A stretch of DNA of 64,000 bases from a virus. Shown in pieces: positions 38,021 to 48,714 of this stretch (the first letter of the stretch is position 1; each line of letters begins with the position of its first letter). The stretch lies in IMG/VR virus record IMGVR_UViG_3300033388_007160, positions 1 to 64,000 of that record. One strand, given 5' to 3'. The notes below the pieces were generated by a model. The model was not told where the DNA came from, made no database searches, and worked only from the letters and a program-made list of their open reading frames with translations. The position numbers were made by a program, and so were the translations under genes.

Positions 38021-41000
38021 ATGAAAACAAAGCTAAGACTAAAAGCAGACAACCGGAAGCTCACCAAACAGATTGTCCGAGGCAAGCCCCTCGACCGCCC
38101 CGTAGTAGTCAAGTGCCATCATGTAACTATTGAGAGGAATAACGCTGAGTCTCTGGCGAAGAATCTTGAAGGTGTCCACTACCGCAGGCCTTCCCGCAAT
38201 CGTGAGAATTATCCCATCATGGAGTGTCTGCAGAAGTTGGGCCAGGGCCGGATTGTAGGCTTCGGCACCAAGCGCAAGCACCGCAAGCGCAAGACACGGT
38301 ATGAACTGCTCAGCCAGAACAATCCCCACTCGGCTTACAGCAAAATCAAAGCTTATATGCAACAATATCCCGGCCTGCTGAAGGATGACCCCAAGCAATG
38401 GGCCGAACAGCTCAAAGGCATGGGTTATTGCGGGAAGACTTACCTGCGCGTCATGGCCCAGATGGTCAAAGACCGCATACTCATCTGGACGTATGATAAT
38501 TACACTGAAGGCTGGCGCGTTGCCACCAAAGACGACCCCGATTGGGTGCCACGGTTCCCGTTGTATCCCTGGGCATTCGTGTTTGCCTGGCTGGCTGCGG
38601 GCCGCAGCATACTTGACCTCAAGCTCGACTGGATGACCTACGGTTATAGCCCCGCTGAGATAGATGAAGGATTGCGGTTCCTGCGCAAGCATGGTTTAGT
38701 GCAGGTTGATGAGAAGGGACATCTGCAACCCAATGTTGAACCCACAGGCTATCGGCGGGCCGTCGAATACGAAGACACAGGCGACCCCATCTTTGAGGTC
38801 TGCAAAACTGGGCTGTGGGAACAGCGGAAGAAGTTGCCTCGTATGCCCAAGGTGCAACAATACCTTTACGTGATAGCTTTGGCCTATGCCGTGGCCTTCC
38901 CCGAAAGGCTGATAGAATACTGCAAGAGTCTGGCCTGGACACGTTTGCGCAACTTAAAACTCGACTTATCACCGTGTGCTTATGGCGATTTGCAGCTCGT
39001 CAGAAGAGTGGGCCGCAATGAGCGCCGCAAGGGCAAGCACAACCGTTACCCCAATGCTACACTGCAAAATCTGCTGGCCCTTATCAAGCGCTATAAGCTC
39101 ACCATCGTGGAACCGGAACTCCTGGCCGAAGCCCTCGGCATCACCGCCCGCCACGCCCATCGCCTCCTCTGGCGGGCACATGAGCTGGGCCTGTTAACAA
39201 TTGTGAACATCTATCGCCGCCCCGGCTCAAGGGCATATCTTTACCGCGTTTCATTTAATTTTGCAGCGCCGGATAAAAACTGTCGCGTAAAGTGCGATTT
39301 CGGGACAAGCAATTCCCCCTCATACTCCCCCTATAAGCTCTTTAGTACTCCTAGTACAAGTACGATTGATTCGAAGGCAAGTAAGGGAGGGCACGGGCCC
39401 GGCCAGCAGGCCGTTGGCCTGCCGGGATTGCTGTTTGGGGAGAAGTATATAGCTTACAAGAGAGGGAAAGGAAAAAAGCTTTGGGGGAGGGTTTTGGGCG
39501 TGCTGGGGGTGGAGGGTTTGGGCCGGGGCCTTGCGTTATTTGCCAAGCATCTGGAAATAGAAAAACTTAAGGCCTGGGGGTGGAGGAGAGGTCACCCATA
39601 TGAGGTGCTGGTAGGCAGGTTTGAGAGGTTTGAGGAAGGATGGAAGCAAGCGCTTGTGAAATTTTTCACAGGCAGGGAAGAGGGAGGGGGTGTGGAGGGG
39701 TTTGTTGGGCTTGTGCTGGCGTGGTTGAACGGGGAGTGGCGGGTGGTATGTGGCCTGCTGGAGGAGTATGTGGATTGGCTTTATAAGAGGGCCACGCAGT
39801 TGGGACATGATGGCAGACGCAAGCTGGCCTGGTGGACGATGCAGGATTACCGGAAGGCACGGGACTTGCTGGAAGAGGCCCGGCAACGGCCCATAGACTA
39901 CATCCTTCGCTTCTGGTATGGTTATTGCACGGGCTTCCGCTGGGTGGATGACGCCATTGAAAGGTGGGCTTTGAGGTTTACCGGCCAGGCTATGCGGCTA
40001 TACTTACTGCGGGGTGCTAAAACTTTCTACATCAGTGACGAGGGACATGTTATGGCGCTTGACGGGCGGAAGGAAGCAAGTGGCAACGGCATCCACATGC
40101 ACACGGATTACGGCACGCTCGACCCCAAGCCCAGGCGCAAGACGAAGCCTACCATCCGTGAGCAGGAGGCCATCCCCAACCAGGGGATAGATTTGACTGC
40201 TGCCCTGAAGGAGGCATCGGAGGCCGAAGAAGAGGCTTCTGTTGATGAAGAAGTTAAAGGCCAGGATGAAGTGGTTATCGTTCAGAGGCCAGGGGAAAGC
40301 TGGTCACTGCCCCTCGGCCCCAACCGGCCCAAGCACATAAGAGTCAAGACAGAAGACGGCCAGACCATCATCTGCTACGAGCTTGATGAAGAAGTGGATG
40401 TATACAGGATAGCTTCCTATCCGGGCACCGGTGGCCTCGATGAAGGCATGTATGTGCCCCAGTGTGCCGAGGAATTCTGGCGCTTGCCGCCTGATGCCCC
40501 CATCGCCATACTTGAATCCCGGCTGCCTACTCATTTGCGCTATCTGGCCCGTTACCGCCAGATTAAGCAGAAATTCCGCGAAGCCAAGCAGATTGAGGAT
40601 TTGCTGACCCGCAGCATGCCAAGGAATACAACCTACGGCCTCGGCCTGATAGGTATCGTCACTGACTGGTATCTGTGGTATATCAAGAAGCAACGTGTGC
40701 GACACTGGACGCCGGAATGGTATCTTGCTTACGGGGAAGTTTTGCTGAAAGCCTGTCACTACTATGCGGCCCCCGGCGAACCTGCAGGCCTTAAGATTGG
40801 GGCTGCTGAAACCTGGCAGAAGGCTTTACAGGGCCAGGCGGTATCGCCCGTCGAGCTGGCCGATGCCTATGACCGCCTGACAATGGTCACGCCCATTGAG
40901 TCCAGTGTTGCTCGCCATATGAACCAGCCTTGGCGGGGCATGTGGGATTGGTTCTGGAATTGGGTGTTGAAGGGTATGCCCGAAGATGAGAAGTATAAGG

Positions 41001-41164
41001 CGTTGCACAACGTGATTGTGGCCTGCCAGAGAGGTCATGAGAAATATGATGTTGAAACCTATTGCGATGACCTGACCGGCCTTGCCGTAATAGAAGCTTT
41101 CGACGACTTTGATGCTGACGCGATACGGGAAGCCCTGCGACGTTACGGCGACCCCCGAAGCTAA
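38021..41164 (+). CDS. Large protein with winged-HTH segments, putative replication initiator
   Basis: LAEALGITARHAHRLL..ELGLL; first gene before the primase-helicase; internal skewed DNA. Confidence 0.45.
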   Translation: MKTKLRLKADNRKLTKQIVRGKPLDRPVVVKCHHVTIERNNAESLAKNLEGVHYRRPSRNRENYPIMECLQKLGQGRIVGFGTKRKHRKRKTRYELLSQNNPHSAYSKIKAYMQQYPGLLKDDPKQWAEQLKGMGYCGKTYLRVMAQMVKDRILIWTYDNYTEGWRVATKDDPDWVPRFPLYPWAFVFAWLAAGRSILDLKLDWMTYGYSPAEIDEGLRFLRKHGLVQVDEKGHLQPNVEPTGYRRAVEYEDTGDPIFEVCKTGLWEQRKKLPRMPKVQQYLYVIALAYAVAFPERLIEYCKSLAWTRLRNLKLDLSPCAYGDLQLVRRVGRNERRKGKHNRYPNATLQNLLALIKRYKLTIVEPELLAEALGITARHAHRLLWRAHELGLLTIVNIYRRPGSRAYLYRVSFNFAAPDKNCRVKCDFGTSNSPSYSPYKLFSTPSTSTIDSKASKGGHGPGQQAVGLPGLLFGEKYIAYKRGKGKKLWGRVLGVLGVEGLGRGLALFAKHLEIEKLKAWGWRRGHPYEVLVGRFERFEEGWKQALVKFFTGREEGGGVEGFVGLVLAWLNGEWRVVCGLLEEYVDWLYKRATQLGHDGRRKLAWWTMQDYRKARDLLEEARQRPIDYILRFWYGYCTGFRWVDDAIERWALRFTGQAMRLYLLRGAKTFYISDEGHVMALDGRKEASGNGIHMHTDYGTLDPKPRRKTKPTIREQEAIPNQGIDLTAALKEASEAEEEASVDEEVKGQDEVVIVQRPGESWSLPLGPNRPKHIRVKTEDGQTIICYELDEEVDVYRIASYPGTGGLDEGMYVPQCAEEFWRLPPDAPIAILESRLPTHLRYLARYRQIKQKFREAKQIEDLLTRSMPRNTTYGLGLIGIVTDWYLWYIKKQRVRHWTPEWYLAYGEVLLKACHYYAAPGEPAGLKIGAAETWQKALQGQAVSPVELADAYDRLTMVTPIESSVARHMNQPWRGMWDWFWNWVLKGMPEDEKYKALHNVIVACQRGHEKYDVETYCDDLTGLAVIEAFDDFDADAIREALRRYGDPRS

Positions 41165-41199
41165 GCGATGCCCAAAAGCTTTTGAGGTGAAGCCCAGCA

Positions 41200-43380
41200 A
41201 TGGCTGCTACTGATAGTGTCTTTGAGCAGATAAAAGCCCGCATAAACCTCATTGAAGTCATCGGCCAAGAAGTTGAACTCAAGCGCGTCGGCAAATACTG
41301 GATGGGCCTTTGCCCCTTTCATTACGAAACAGAACCCAGCTTTGCCGTAACAGAGAACTTCTATTATTGCTTCGGCGCCACCTGTAACGCAAAGGGAGAC
41401 ATATTCACGTGGCTGATGGTTCGCAGGGGCCTCAGCTTTTCTGAGGCAGTCCGGGAAGCAGCCCGCCTCGCTGGTATCCCATTAGACGATAACTGGCAGG
41501 AACGCCTCAAAAAAGCCCAGGAACATCAGGCCAAACTGGAAGCCTACGTCAAGCAAAGCCAGGAATACCTCTGGTCAAAAAAGGGCCAAACGGCCCTGGA
41601 TTACCTTCGCAATGAACGCAGGCTTACAGACGAGACAATCAAGCAGTTTGGCCTCGGCTATGATAGCAAACGCGACGCCATAGTCATCCCGCTGATGGAC
41701 ATGTCTGGCAGGCTGGTTGCCTATGCTCTCCGCCTTCTAAATAGCACCAAACGCTATCAAGTCTTCAATCAACCCTTCTTCCAGCGTCGTCGTTATTTGT
41801 TCAATGAGCAAGTTTTGTGGCAGCACAAAGACCAGCCTCTCTACCTCTGCGAAGGTTATTTTGATTGCATGAGTATCGTGCAGGCGGGCTATCCGAGGGT
41901 TGTGGCTCTTTGTGGCGGCCAGCTCAATGATTATCAGCTCAAGAAGCTCACCCAAGCTGCCCGCCAAATCATCCTAGTGCCCGACAACAAATCAGCAACG
42001 GACTGGAAACTGGCTCGCCGCAATATAGACCTCATTCGCCGTTTTGATGCCGAAGTAAAGGTGCTTGTTGCTGTGCCGGAAGGCGATGCCAATGATACCG
42101 ACCCCGACAGGCTCAAGGAAATCCTTGCATCGCCCAATGAACCCGAAGTTGCCATGCTGGACTTCATCGTTTCCGGCACCCAGGCCGAACAATACGAAAA
42201 GGCCCGGCAACTTCTCCAGACGATACACAATCCCCTGCTTCGTGATGATATTATCCAAGAATTAGCCAAGCGTTGGGGTAAAAGCACGCACCTGGTTAAG
42301 CAGGCTTTGAGTGGCCGGGCTGTCTCGGTGAATGTAGTTAAAAGCGAACATACAGTCACCATCCTTCGGCACATGGCTGCCGAGATAGCCCAAGAACACG
42401 AAATCAACCTCCGCTGGCCGGGTTTTGAACCAGAAGTCCTTCAACGTATCCACGCCGGTCATCTTATAGGCATAGCAGCCCGCACTAATGTGGGTAAGAC
42501 ACTGTATGCCCTCAACCTGGCACCTTGGTCACGTGGCCTTTACAGCCAGGTTTTCTTCACCCTTGAACAGCCCTACAGTGAAATCGCCTACCGCATGGCA
42601 CGAATCACTCTGGGACATGTCATACCGCATATGTATCCCTATCTGGATGCGGCCATCCGGAAGGCCGAGGATGAGTTCAAGGACTTCAACATTTTGAACG
42701 AAGAAGTTTTTGGTCGTAACCTTCAGCCTCTCATCACAACGTTGTATTCGGATTTCTATGTAGTGGAAGGCGTTTTTGACGTGGAAGGCCTGAAGGGGGC
42801 CATCGCTAAGCTTGCCGAAGAAGTCAGGCTGCCCGTCCGCATAGTCTGGATAGACTACCTCGGCCTGATGCGGGCCAAAGGTGACACCGAATACGTCCAG
42901 CTCAGCAACCTCATCCGCGACCTCGCACGCCTGGCAAAGGAGCTTAACCTTTTAATAATATTCCTGCACCAGCTTAGCCGCCGGGGTGGCACTGGCAAGG
43001 AGCACGTGGAAATTGACATGCTTCGCGGTAGCGGCCAGATTGAAGAAGCCGTTGACCTTCTGCTGGGCCTTTACCGACCCCAGCTTAACGATGAATACCA
43101 GCAGAACAATCAGGTCTGCACCGAGGAGCCTTTCTACGTGGACGTTATCAAGAACCGCCACGGCCCCAAGCAACGGCTTAAGCTCACCTTCTACAAGCGC
43201 AGCCTGCTAATCACGTCGGTTCATCCCTTGCATGGCCCCGAGGTTTTGCGCAGCGAGATAATGGATATACTGGAAACGAAAGGAGCTGATAGCCATGACG
43301 CAGGAGCAATTGAGCGAGGCGGCGGAGAATGTGGAGGCCATCCGGCAGGAACTGGACAATCTGGCGAAGAGGTATTTTGA
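41200..43380 (+). CDS. DNA primase-helicase (CHC2 Zn finger + TOPRIM + DnaB/SF4)
   Basis: CPFH..CFGATC, EGYFD, AARTNVGKT, IDYL, QLSR, LRGSG, KNRHG. Confidence 0.95.
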   Translation: MAATDSVFEQIKARINLIEVIGQEVELKRVGKYWMGLCPFHYETEPSFAVTENFYYCFGATCNAKGDIFTWLMVRRGLSFSEAVREAARLAGIPLDDNWQERLKKAQEHQAKLEAYVKQSQEYLWSKKGQTALDYLRNERRLTDETIKQFGLGYDSKRDAIVIPLMDMSGRLVAYALRLLNSTKRYQVFNQPFFQRRRYLFNEQVLWQHKDQPLYLCEGYFDCMSIVQAGYPRVVALCGGQLNDYQLKKLTQAARQIILVPDNKSATDWKLARRNIDLIRRFDAEVKVLVAVPEGDANDTDPDRLKEILASPNEPEVAMLDFIVSGTQAEQYEKARQLLQTIHNPLLRDDIIQELAKRWGKSTHLVKQALSGRAVSVNVVKSEHTVTILRHMAAEIAQEHEINLRWPGFEPEVLQRIHAGHLIGIAARTNVGKTLYALNLAPWSRGLYSQVFFTLEQPYSEIAYRMARITLGHVIPHMYPYLDAAIRKAEDEFKDFNILNEEVFGRNLQPLITTLYSDFYVVEGVFDVEGLKGAIAKLAEEVRLPVRIVWIDYLGLMRAKGDTEYVQLSNLIRDLARLAKELNLLIIFLHQLSRRGGTGKEHVEIDMLRGSGQIEEAVDLLLGLYRPQLNDEYQQNNQVCTEEPFYVDVIKNRHGPKQRLKLTFYKRSLLITSVHPLHGPEVLRSEIMDILETKGADSHDAGAIERGGGECGGHPAGTGQSGEEVF

Positions 43381-43699
43381 CCTGACTGACCTAATCAGCC
43401 AGCTTGAGGAAGAGCGAAGCAGGGTGGCCCAGGAAATTCTTAACATCTGGCAGAAGACACAGCTCAAGCCGTCGCGCTGGGCTACCGTGGTTGCCGGTCG
43501 GACTTCTTACGACCAAGACAGGCTTATTGCCTATTTGAAGGCTCGTGGCCTCAGACAGGCCATCAAGACTCAAGAAGTCCTCGACCGCAAGGCATTGAAA
43601 CAACTGATGGACAGCGGCCAGCTTAGTGAACAGGAACTTGAGCAGTTCAAGACCACTGGCCGCCCATATGTGCAACTCGTTAAGCCCAAGGAGGAATAG
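43295..43699 (+). CDS. Hypothetical phage protein (coiled coil)
   Basis: AAAGGAG SD. Confidence 0.55.
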   Translation: MTQEQLSEAAENVEAIRQELDNLAKRYFDLTDLISQLEEERSRVAQEILNIWQKTQLKPSRWATVVAGRTSYDQDRLIAYLKARGLRQAIKTQEVLDRKALKQLMDSGQLSEQELEQFKTTGRPYVQLVKPKEE

Positions 43700-43702
43700 T
43701 TT

Positions 43703-44578
43703 ATGCGAACTAAGCGGTTGGAATGGGACCATTATCCTTCGCTTGATGAATTGCGGGAAGCCCTTAAGGATGTGCCAGCATGGCCGGGCTCAGAGAAGTC
43801 GCTAGCTGATTACTGGCCCTATATCATCCCCCTTTCACGTCGCCGTAAGGTTGGCCGTGACCAGTGGGAAGTGGTCTGGAATCCCTACCTAACCGTAGAT
43901 GGCCGCATTCGCATTTTTGTAGATGCCCATCTGGAGGCCGATGCCCACTATCACGAAGAGATAGTCGAAATCCGGCGCGAAGACCGCTTCCTCATTGTGC
44001 GCTTGCGGATAACAAGTGACCTGTTTGGCACACGTGAAGATGTGGGCACGGCGGACTTTTCACTTGCCGAAGCTCCTCCCGACCAGAGGGAACGCCAAGT
44101 TGATGCCACTAACCCATTCGAAAATGCTGTCACTTCTGCCCGTGGCCGTGTGATAGCAGCCTTTGGCGTTGGTATCATTCCCGGCATGGGCCTTGCCACA
44201 GCAGAAGAGGTTGTGGACGCTGATAACCGTTACCAGCAGCGCAGTGGTGATAACCGCAAACCTGCCCCGCAACCCAGCCAGGCGCCACGTGAAGAACCGT
44301 CGCAACCTTCCCCTCGTGCCATGCGGCCCCATGAACTGGAAGGCAGGCTCGGCTTTGGCATTCAGACACTCAACGGCGGCAAGCTGCCCGAAGACTGGAA
44401 GCGCTACATCGGCCCCGCAACAAAGGCATTCATCGAAGAGACTGGCCATCCTAATGCCGATATAAGCAACTGGTCTACAATTGACATAAGCAAGTTCGTT
44501 GTCTGGTGCAGGCAGAAGCACGAACAAGACCCCGAATTCCTGAGCAAGCTGGAGGTTGGCGATGCCGGAACAAGTTGA
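43703..44578 (+). CDS. Putative single-strand annealing protein
   Basis: YLTVDGRI..ENAVTSARGR..GVG..ATAEEV; next to RecA. Confidence 0.55.
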   Translation: MRTKRLEWDHYPSLDELREALKDVPAWPGSEKSLADYWPYIIPLSRRRKVGRDQWEVVWNPYLTVDGRIRIFVDAHLEADAHYHEEIVEIRREDRFLIVRLRITSDLFGTREDVGTADFSLAEAPPDQRERQVDATNPFENAVTSARGRVIAAFGVGIIPGMGLATAEEVVDADNRYQQRSGDNRKPAPQPSQAPREEPSQPSPRAMRPHELEGRLGFGIQTLNGGKLPEDWKRYIGPATKAFIEETGHPNADISNWSTIDISKFVVWCRQKHEQDPEFLSKLEVGDAGTS

Positions 44579-45590
44579 TTTGGATGCCATACTGCAACGT
44601 ATCAATACAGATTTGCAGCGAAAATATGGCAAGCCACTGCTCCGTAGGGCTTCAGAACATAGCGATATTCACCGCATACCAACAGGTATAATCGGCCTCG
44701 ACAAAGCCCTGCGGGGCGGCATACCCGTTGGCATACCGGTTATCGTTCAGGGTCGTGAAAGCACCGGCAAAAGCAGCCTGTGTTACCACATTGCGGGCCA
44801 GGCTCATGAACATCTCAACAAGCCGGTGCTTCTGGTCTATGCCGAAGGCCCCTTTGACTCTCAGTATGAATGGGCAAGGGATTGTGGCCTGCCGGTAGAT
44901 GATACACTTGTCTTGGACCGAAGCCTTGCCCTTGAAGATGCCTTGCAGATAGTCCGTGAGCAACTGCAAACGGGTCTTTATAGCTGCATCATCGTGGACA
45001 GCCTTGCCAGTCTCCGGCCCAGCCCAGAAGTTCAGAAGAAGCTTGAAGAAGCCCAGTCGCACGGCGTGAAGGCCGTCATCATGAATCGTTTCTTCAACAG
45101 CCTCACTTCATTCATGCCCGACGAACCACCGTTGCTGCTTTTCACACAGCACCTTTACGACAATCCAGGTTTTGGTGGCCCGCAGATGACTGGTGGCCGG
45201 GGACAGCAATACATCGCAGGCCTCATCATTCGCCTGTCCCGTCTCGAAACACTTACAGTCACCATCGAGCACGGCGGCGTTGAGCATAAGAAGGCTTACG
45301 CCATTGCCATCCAGTGGGAGATAATCAAGAGCAAGGTGGCCCCTGCTATCGGCGAACGTGGCCGGTTTGACCTCTACCTCGAAAGCCACGTCTTCCCACG
45401 GGGCACGTTCAGCGAACATGTAGAAGCCCTCCGGCGGGCCATCCTTTGCGGCTTGGTAACGCGCCGTGGTTCCTGGTATGAATACAAAGGCGAAAAGTAT
45501 CAGGGTGAAGCAGCCATCCTGCGCGTCCTCGATGTGCAAGAAGCTTTCGATGCTTATTACGAAGCCCTTGGTAAGGTTATATCTGGTTAG
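44556..45590 (+). CDS. recA: RecA/UvsX-like recombinase
   Basis: IPTG..LDKAL.GG, GRESTGKS, IVDSLA, KSKVAP, GSWY. Confidence 0.9.
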   Translation: MAMPEQVDLDAILQRINTDLQRKYGKPLLRRASEHSDIHRIPTGIIGLDKALRGGIPVGIPVIVQGRESTGKSSLCYHIAGQAHEHLNKPVLLVYAEGPFDSQYEWARDCGLPVDDTLVLDRSLALEDALQIVREQLQTGLYSCIIVDSLASLRPSPEVQKKLEEAQSHGVKAVIMNRFFNSLTSFMPDEPPLLLFTQHLYDNPGFGGPQMTGGRGQQYIAGLIIRLSRLETLTVTIEHGGVEHKKAYAIAIQWEIIKSKVAPAIGERGRFDLYLESHVFPRGTFSEHVEALRRAILCGLVTRRGSWYEYKGEKYQGEAAILRVLDVQEAFDAYYEALGKVISG

Positions 45591-45604
45591 GGAGCTGAGG
45601 GATA

Positions 45605-45951
45605 TGCCCACCGGCCAGGATTTTGAAAAAGCGATTGCTGAAGCACTTGGCGCTGCCCGCACTGCCCGCAGCGGTGGTGCCAATATCAAAGGTGATATAG
45701 TTTGGGGGCCGTTCCTTATCGAGGCAAAAGCCACAACCAAAGATTCAATTACCGTGAAGCGCAAATGGCTTGAGAAGATTGAAGCTGAAGCCCTTCGCCA
45801 AGGCCGTTACCCGGTCTTGGTGATAGGCTTCAAGCCCATGCGCCAAGCATTTGCCGTAATACCATTGCCATTGTTTGAGGTGCTGGCGAGGGAGGCGATG
45901 GAGAATGCGGCCAAGTCCAACAGTGACAGCAGCTCTACTGGCAGCCCATGA
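45605..45951 (+). CDS. PD-(D/E)xK Holliday junction resolvase-like nuclease
   Basis: G.DFE..SGG..KGD..IEAKAT. Confidence 0.7.
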
Positions 45952-46086
45952 TTATCATCGTGGGCAAATCTCATTGGACGAACTGGACAGGCTGATAAGT
46001 GAGCTTGATTATGCCGAGGCTCAGCACGTCAGAGAACTTCTTGCCACATTGCACCGTGACCCGGAGCTGAGGAGGTATTTTTTAGG

Positions 46087-46854
46087 ATGCATGAAACTCC
46101 AAAGGACATAGTGCATTTTCTTAAGACGCTAACGCCCCGTGAACCCATCAAATGGCCTGAGGAAGATACCCTCTGGAATGCTTCTACGCTTCACTGGTGC
46201 CAGAGGTTACAGATACTGCGGGCTAAGGGTGTCCAGCTTCGCCTTGACCCGAATCTTCAACGCAAATTCTCCCTACGCAAGGCCATACACGAGGCCGTCC
46301 AGGAATGGATAACACAAAACATCACACCAGTGGCCGTAGAGAAGTTTTTCATAGACCGCGAGAACCGTATCAGTGGCCGATGCGATGTGCTATTGCCGAT
46401 GACCAACCCGCCTTATGTCATTGAAATCAAAACCTTCCGTTCCCGCCATGTGATTAATGGCTATCTGAGCGGCAAATATCAGCCATACTGGCTTCGCCAG
46501 ATGGGTTTCTATTACCAGCAGGCCGCCAAGGAATACGGTGCCCAACTCCGGCCCGTTACACTGCTCATTGATGTTGAAGAAGGCACACCCGAAGTTTTGC
46601 CGCATGACCCCAACGAGCTGCCGGACTATAAACCTTTGTGCGATGAACTCAACGCTTGCTGGGATGCCGATATGCTGCCGCCCATGAAGGAAGATTGTGG
46701 CGATTGCCCGCTCAAATCCGTCTGCACCGAACCCATCTACTCCATCAGCGAATTTTATGACTACATCAACCGTTTGAGGATTGAAAACCCCGACCAGTGG
46801 GAAATGCTAATCGTGAAGGAGGAAGAGCAGGTATGTCTCGACGAAGAGTCGTAG
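46087..46854 (+). CDS. Cas4-like PD-(D/E)xK exonuclease (Fe-S Cys)
   Basis: WCQR, GRCD, IEIKT, Q..Y, CGDCPLKSVC. Confidence 0.8.
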   Translation: MHETPKDIVHFLKTLTPREPIKWPEEDTLWNASTLHWCQRLQILRAKGVQLRLDPNLQRKFSLRKAIHEAVQEWITQNITPVAVEKFFIDRENRISGRCDVLLPMTNPPYVIEIKTFRSRHVINGYLSGKYQPYWLRQMGFYYQQAAKEYGAQLRPVTLLIDVEEGTPEVLPHDPNELPDYKPLCDELNACWDADMLPPMKEDCGDCPLKSVCTEPIYSISEFYDYINRLRIENPDQWEMLIVKEEEQVCLDEES

Positions 46855-47381
46855 AACTTGAAGGTTTCAAGTCTTTTGTGACGCAAGCCGCAGAAATGTA
46901 TGGCGGGATGAAGGAGCTTGGCGAGAAGGTGGGCTTGCATTTCACGGGCATATATCGCCGGTTTCGGGCCTTGCCTTGGATTAGATGGGGCAAGGAGGGC
47001 GAATTCCTGAAGCGTCTGGCTGAAGTCTTGGTGACGCCTTTTGAACGAGTCCTTTGGCTTGCCGGTTATAATCCCTTTGTCAAGCGAGAGTATGGCCTGA
47101 CGCCCAAGGCATTGGATGCCCTCTGGGAACTCAATCTCAAGATTGCTGAGGCGGTCAAACAGGGCCGTTTCCGGGCCGAGGACATCACCAAACTGGCCGC
47201 CCTGGCCCTAAAAGACATCGAAGAGGAGGCTCAGTCCAATGCAACCCGAGGAGAAGCGGGAACGGACACTGGGAATAGACCCTGGCACGAAAAACTTCGC
47301 GGCGATACTGCTGGAAGTGGGACTGAGCAGCGGGAAGAGTGCAGTGCACAAGAAATTGGTGCTGAAAAGGAAACGTGGTGA
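46833..47381 (+). CDS. Putative HTH DNA-binding protein
   Basis: GMKELGEKVGLHFTGIYRR. Confidence 0.45.
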   Translation: MSRRRVVELEGFKSFVTQAAEMYGGMKELGEKVGLHFTGIYRRFRALPWIRWGKEGEFLKRLAEVLVTPFERVLWLAGYNPFVKREYGLTPKALDALWELNLKIAEAVKQGRFRAEDITKLAALALKDIEEEAQSNATRGEAGTDTGNRPWHEKLRGDTAGSGTEQREECSAQEIGAEKETW

Positions 47382-47886
47382 GGACATACTTACATTTGCC
47401 CGACGGGTTGGCAGTGAAATCATAGAGAAGTTCCTTGGGGAGGGCCATGCAGTTGAGCCCGTATCTTTTGTCGTGTTTGAGCGGCAGTTTGACCGTTCAC
47501 CGGATAAACCTCTCGAAAGATTGTTGCACATAGTTGAGTTTGTCCTTTACGATTATACCTACCGAACCTGCAATGAGTGGTTTGGATACCCAGCTATCTC
47601 TTTGGGACTGGAATACTCACCCACGCAGATGAAAAAGTATGTAACTGGCAAGGGCAATGCCGATGAAGCCGAATATTGGCGCAAGATAGAGCGGAAATGT
47701 GCTACAGGCCAGTTGCCCTTCGGCGATATAGACAACCAGCATTTGATAGAGGCGGGTATTTATGCTTTGATGGGACTCGACTGGTATCATGTCTACTACC
47801 GTGGTGATGAGGCATGGAAGTGTCACGGCAATCGGGAAGGGGCCAAGAAGCCGAAGATACTCTGGAATTTCGACGTAGACTTCTGA
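47239..47886 (+). CDS. RuvC-like resolvase
   Basis: LGIDPG, VFE, SPTQMKKYVTGKGNA. Confidence 0.8.
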   Translation: MQPEEKRERTLGIDPGTKNFAAILLEVGLSSGKSAVHKKLVLKRKRGEDILTFARRVGSEIIEKFLGEGHAVEPVSFVVFERQFDRSPDKPLERLLHIVEFVLYDYTYRTCNEWFGYPAISLGLEYSPTQMKKYVTGKGNADEAEYWRKIERKCATGQLPFGDIDNQHLIEAGIYALMGLDWYHVYYRGDEAWKCHGNREGAKKPKILWNFDVDF

Positions 47887-48042
47887 GGAAGCTTTGGGCC
47901 GTGGGCACGGAAATCTGGGGCAAAGAAGTGGCCAACTATATCTTCCACGCTTACATTGCGATGAACTACGGCAAAACGAGCCTGAAAGAGCTATCAATAG
48001 AAGAACTACAAGGAATGCTCGACTGGTTAAAGGAGGAGATTT

Positions 48043-48714
48043 ATGGACAGCGAGAAGATACGGCAGAAGGCCGTCGAGATGCTGGCCCAGCTCCTCAAAC
48101 GGCCAGCATTTGAGATAGATAGCCTGCAGCCATCTGAACTGCTTGAAATCTACAAAGAAGCAGCATTTACCGCCTATCACGGCCAGCTTGTAGCTATGCT
48201 GATTGGTGCCCTGCTGCGTCACAAATTTGGCATTGGCACAACCCGTATCTTCCGTCTACGCAGCCAGGATAAAAACATGCAAATCCTCTGGTCTATTGGC
48301 ATGTTCCGGCCCCTTACAACCGGCACGAAGTATCTGGGCTGGCTGCTGGATAATGATGCTTTCAACTTTGCTATGGCCCCAGAATGTGTTGTGCGGCTTT
48401 TCCGCCTTTACAACCGCGATGAGACACGTGGCCTGATGGAGGGTATCAACCCCAAGCAGCTTGCCAACCTGATGACTCGCCATAACATTGACCCCAAGGG
48501 TTTTGTCCGGTTCACTCGCCTTCTACTGGATATGATGCGCCAGTTGCAACCCTGGCCCCAGTATGATACTCTCATCGCCGAGGTATTGAAGATAGCCCTT
48601 GGCGAGAAGACCAAAGAAAGGGCCAGGACGATATACGAAATCCTGACGGGTGATACCGATGCCCAAGAAGAAGACACTCAAGGAGAAGCTGAAGAACCTT
48701 CTGGAGAACCGTAG
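48043..48714 (+). CDS. Hypothetical protein
   Basis: AAGGAGGAG SD. Confidence 0.55.
   Translation: MDSEKIRQKAVEMLAQLLKRPAFEIDSLQPSELLEIYKEAAFTAYHGQLVAMLIGALLRHKFGIGTTRIFRLRSQDKNMQILWSIGMFRPLTTGTKYLGWLLDNDAFNFAMAPECVVRLFRLYNRDETRGLMEGINPKQLANLMTRHNIDPKGFVRFTRLLLDMMRQLQPWPQYDTLIAEVLKIALGEKTKERARTIYEILTGDTDAQEEDTQGEAEEPSGEP

Noticed and set aside
46087-46854. CRISPR-Cas system suggested by the Cas4-like gene
   Set aside because: No repeat-spacer array or other cas genes; solo Cas4-like nucleases are common in phages.
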